From positions 558,001 through 622,000 of the forward strand of contig JAIVFI010000012.1 in the NCBI GenBank assembly GCA_025558095.1: a stretch of DNA of 64,000 bases. The letters run 5' to 3'. Shown in pieces: positions 57,444-64,000 of this stretch (its first letter is position 1; every line of letters starts with the position of its first letter). The position numbers were made by a program, and so were the translations under genes. This DNA is from Hyaloraphidium curvatum SAG 235-1. Lineage: Eukaryota; Fungi; Monoblepharomycota. The notes under the pieces are model-generated. The model made no database searches, was not told the origin of the DNA, and saw only the letters and a list, made by a program, of their open reading frames with translations.

Positions 57444-59136
57444 TTACTCGAAGCACGCCGCCGGGAGCACCCCCCTCGCCCCCGTCCTCGCGTTCCGCCC
57501 CTTGCACCACCCGTCCTCGTAAACGCTCTCGATGCTGACCGAGTCCCCCGGGCGCACCTCGATCTCGTCGTTCTCCCGCGGCAGGTAGCCCTTGGTCGCG
57601 ATCGCGACGGTGCCGGGCTCGATGACCACTGGCTGCGGAGGCGACGGGGCGATGGTGGGGATGGCGAGGGTTGGCATGGCCACGGTGGCGAGGGCGGCGG
57701 GGTGGTCCAGTCCCGATCCCTGGCCCGCCGCGGCGGCCGCGACGGGAGGGTCGGGGACGGGGATGGAGGGGGGTACCTTGTAGCTGGAGACGGTGGCCGA
57801 GTTGGGGGAGAGGCTGGCGCCGCGCTTGAGGGTGACGACGCGCGGAGGCACGGTCTCGTCCGAAGGGAGCGGCAGGGCGGTGGGGATCGGGGGAGGTGCG
57901 ACGGGAGGGGGAAGTGAGGGGGCGAGGGGCGGGAGGGCGGCGGGCGGAGGGAGGGCGGCAGCGGGCGGAGGGAGGGCCGCGGCGTTGGCAGATGCTGTGG
58001 CTCCAGCCGAGTAGCTGAGCCCTTCGGCAGGGGTGCCGTTGAAGGCAGTTGCGGGGGTCGCCGCAATATCGCTCACGGGCACCGGCGGCGGAGGGACGGG
58101 AGGGTAGCCCGGCGCCGGTTCCACAGATGCGGCGGCCACCATCTCCGGGCCCTTGCCTTCCTCGACGTAGACCGGTCCCGCCGACTTTTTCTTGTTCCGC
58201 GAGACGAGGAACCATGCCAGCCCACCGAGCAGCGCGACGCCCGCCAGCGCGCCGATCACGATCCCGACGATGGCTCCGGTGCTCAGACCGTCAGACGACG
58301 GTCCGGGCGTCGGCGACGCAGTCGGTGTCACGGTCGTGAGCCCGTTGACGGTGGCCGACCACGCGGCCTGGGCCGAGGAGCACGGTCCAATCTGCGCCGC
58401 GTTCCCGGCCGTCGTCACGACGCAGCTAGTCGGGGACGAGGCCACTTTAAGGCGCGAGGAGCCGTCCGATTCCTTGTCAAGGGTGAAGAGCTGGCGGTCC
58501 GCGACGGTAGAACTGCACTCCTGGAGAAACACGTTGGTCCGCGCCGCGTCCACGGTCATGCAGCCCGTGTCGTTGACGAGGTTGAAGGGCGTCGTGGCCA
58601 GGCCGGCCTCGGTGGGGGGCAAATTGCCGCTCGGGGCGCGGAGGCCGAAAGCCGAGTTCGGGTCGGCGACCAGCGAGCAGGAGCCGAGGTTGTAGGAGCA
58701 CGCGAGGGCCGCGGTGGCGTTGCTTCGGAGGATCATCTGGGCCGAGCTCGGCGTGGCCGTCGGCGAGCCCGTCGTCGTCGTGGTTGTCCCGGAAGTCGTA
58801 CTGGCCGCCGTCAGAGACGTCGTCAGAGAGCTGGCCGTGGTCGTCTGGGTCGTGGTCTGCGCCGTGGGGATGCAGAGCACGTTGCCGATGTCGAGGTTCT
58901 CGCAGGTGCCGGGCGGGTTCGCCGCCACGAGCTGTAGGGCGGGAAAGGCCAATCAGAACACCACTCTAAACGGAGTGCCGGTGACCCACCTGAGCGAGGG
59001 TGACCCCGAACCGCGTGGCGATGTCGAAGCAGGTGTCCCCGCGTTGGACCGTGTACGTCGTCCCCGCGCACTGAGCGGACACCGGCGACGTGGCAAAGAG
59101 AAATGCGGCAAAGATCGCTGCCAGCGCGGCGAACAT
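57444..59136 (-). CDS. Single-pass receptor-like protein: signal peptide, LysM, Thr-rich stalk, ricin-B-like module, TM, Pro-rich region, SH3 (alternative start 59175)
   Basis: YTVQRGDTCFDIATRFGVTLAQ|LVAANP...CENLDIGNVLCIP; GCMTV...LQEC...RQLFTL; LSTGAIVGIVIGALAGVALLGGLAWFLV; YLPRENDEIEVRPGD...YEDGWCKG...GVLPAAC. Confidence 0.88.
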
Positions 59137-59182
59137 CGCGGGCCGCCGCCCCGATAGACGCTCTTTGCGGGCCATCGTGTCA

Positions 59183-61935
<2,753 letters not shown>

Positions 61936-62218
61936 GCTGCGGGACGGTGAGCGGGCGCGCGGGGGGCGGGCTGGGCGACGCACCTGCTGGGGGGGCACGC
62001 GGGGACGGCGGAGGCAGGAGACGAGGGCGCGGGAACGAGTGGCCGGTCGGGGAAGGAGCTTGCCACGATTTTGTCGGGTCGGGCCGTTCGGGAGTCGATC
62101 CAACGCCCAACTTGTCTCCCGGGCCGGCGCACACTCGCTCGCATCACTCGCCGATATGTCCAGGAGACAGCCATATCCAGTGTCTATCAAAGCCAGAATA
62201 AGGACAATGAAGTGCCCG

Positions 62219-63502
62219 CTACATGAATGCCGCCGCGATGGCCGCCGCCGCCAGCGCCCAGACCATGCCCCCCGCACCTGCCTCCCTCCTGGCGGACGAC
62301 CCGATCTGGTCCACCAACCCCCCGGGAACCCCATCCAGCGCACCAGGGCGGCTCCTCGATGCGGTGCCCGTTGGCGCAACCTGCGTCAGCCTGTTCGGCG
62401 CGGTGGTTGTCGACGTCGGCCTGCCGAGCGACAGCGTGCGCCGCGTGCTCCGCGAGGTGGTCTCCACCGCACCGGTCGGTTCCTCCTCCGCCACCGTCGG
62501 CGCGGCATCCACCGAAGGGGAGGGCTCAGGAGGCCCCGAGGGCAGCTCGGTGACCGCCGGCGCCTCGCTCGTCGTCGTCGTCCCTGCACCGTCTTCGGGC
62601 TGCTCCGTCTCGGGCCCGGCATCGAACCCATCCGGCCTCACGCCAAGCGGCACCACCACCCTGCCCACGAACCCCGTGCAGCCGTCCGTTATCGACCCGT
62701 CGCCGTACACGGTCGCGCACCGCCCTCCGCACTGCGCCGCGGCGCTCTCGGCGATGTAGAAGAACCCGCAGGCGTCGGCGCAGGGCATGTCCAGGGGCGA
62801 GGGGCCGAAGACGGCGTCGCAGAGCGTGGCGACGTCGGCGAACTCGGCGGGGATGTCGGGGGTTGCCGAGGGGACGGTGGGGTCAACCGCTGGAGAGGTG
62901 GGCGTGGGGAGCAGGGTGGCGTCGGTGGTGGCCTCCGAGGTCGGTTCCTCCGGCGCCGGTTCGGGGCTGGGTTCCGGTGCGGGCTCCGAGGTGGCCTCCT
63001 CGGCGGGCAACGTCTGCGTGGCCTCGGCGGGCAGCGTCTCCGTAGCTTCGGCCGGCAGCGTCCCCGTCGCCTCCTCCCCGACCGTCGTCGTGGTCGTGTG
63101 CGTCTCGCTAGTCGTGCTCGTCGTCGCCGCCGTCGTGGTGCTCGTGGTCCGCGTCCGGGTGGGGAACCGCGTCCGGGTGCGGAACGACCTCGACGTCGTC
63201 GCGGCTGTCGAGCTCGAGGTCGACCGCGTGGCCGTCCGCGACAGCGAAGAAGACGTGCTCCGCGTCGACGAGGTCGCCGAGGTGGTCGACGGGCCGGGCG
63301 CGAGCTGCGTGGCAATCTGCCGCCGCGCGACGGCGACCTCCGCGGCGGCACCGCCCGGCCCCGCGGGGTCCGCGGCCCCGCTGGCGGCCCACGACAGCAA
63401 AGCAAGCAGCGCCGCCAGCAGCCGCGCGAGCCGCACGGTCCGCTTGCCCGCACCGCCGCGCGCCGGGCCGGCCTGCCGTCCGCGCAGCCGTCGGGTACTC
63501 AT
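62219..63502 (-). CDS. Secreted, probably GPI-anchored Thr/Ser/Glu/Pro-rich surface protein with a small Cys-rich domain
   Basis: Hydrophobic leader LARLLAALLALLSWAASG; mucin-like repeats (TLPAEAT); LCDAVF...CADAC...CGGRC...C; C-terminal SSA followed by hydrophobic tail MVWALAAAAIAAAFM. Confidence 0.75.
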   Translation of the reverse strand: MSTRRLRGRQAGPARGGAGKRTVRLARLLAALLALLSWAASGAADPAGPGGAAAEVAVARRQIATQLAPGPSTTSATSSTRSTSSSLSRTATRSTSSSTAATTSRSFRTRTRFPTRTRTTSTTTAATTSTTSETHTTTTTVGEEATGTLPAEATETLPAEATQTLPAEEATSEPAPEPSPEPAPEEPTSEATTDATLLPTPTSPAVDPTVPSATPDIPAEFADVATLCDAVFGPSPLDMPCADACGFFYIAESAAAQCGGRCATVYGDGSITDGCTGFVGRVVVPLGVRPDGFDAGPETEQPEDGAGTTTTSEAPAVTELPSGPPEPSPSVDAAPTVAEEEPTGAVETTSRSTRRTLSLGRPTSTTTAPNRLTQVAPTGTASRSRPGALDGVPGGLVDQIGSSARREAGAGGMVWALAAAAIAAAFM

Positions 63503-64000
63503 CGCGTCCTCCTGCCCGTCTGCCGACCCCGATATCCGATGAAGCAACCGCAGCGATTACAATGTGCTCCACGCAGTGCTCGTTAGAAGGTCAACGCGGC
63601 AGACGGAGCCGCGAGAAGCGCATGTGGGAGCAGGATCTCTCGCTGAGGCGAAGCCCGGGCTGGGGAGCGGCCAACCTTCCGCAGCTGGCTTCCCTAAACG
63701 GCGGGGCGCGACAAGGCCCGACCGGCGCGCGAGACCGAGGGGACCATGCGAGGTGCGAGTGGCATGCATGATGTAGGTGTCGTCGGCCCGGGGAAGCGAA
63801 ACGGTCGGGCACGGAGAACCGGCCCGCCTCCCCCCCCCGTGCAAGCCCCTCGCCAGAGCTGCCGACGGGGGCCTGGAAAGTCTTCTCCAATAAACACGGA
63901 CGAAGCTACACCTTCGCCAACCACTTCCCGCCCGACATGTGCATCCTCAGCGCCCACGCAAACCCCGCCGCCACCAGCATCACCGCTCCCGAGAACGCCA

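Overview
This is GC-rich, gene-dense eukaryotic DNA. Most genes are split by short spliceosomal introns (about 45-70 nt, GT[G/A]xG..CTRAC..YAG), so the ORF track shows fragments and I rebuilt gene models by hand. The gene content (Rad16, Nma111, KRE2-family GT15, AA11-like LPMO, Ste23/IDE) is fungal. The style suggests an early-diverging chytrid/monoblepharid-like fungus, which is an inference. I count about 30 genes or gene fragments and saw no rRNA, tRNA, CRISPR array or transposase. The main finding is that four minus-strand ORFs at 26.2-31.7 kb appear to splice into one ~1,746-aa protein. It has a RelE/ParE-like domain fused to a complete SF1/UvrD-like helicase, with the Walker A motif in a 73-nt exon the ORF track misses. 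Nearby are an MLKL-like 4-helix + vWA protein, a HAD_SAK RNA-repair-type phosphatase, an OTU deubiquitinase and two paralogous BAG-like/Sel1-like proteins. Other notable items are a LysM-ricin-TM-SH3 receptor-like protein, an adhesin-like protein with prokaryote-type modules, an M32 carboxypeptidase, a 5-nt microexon, an aquaporin lacking its first NPA box, and a MYND pseudogene. Domain assignments come from motif recognition by eye; no searches were run.
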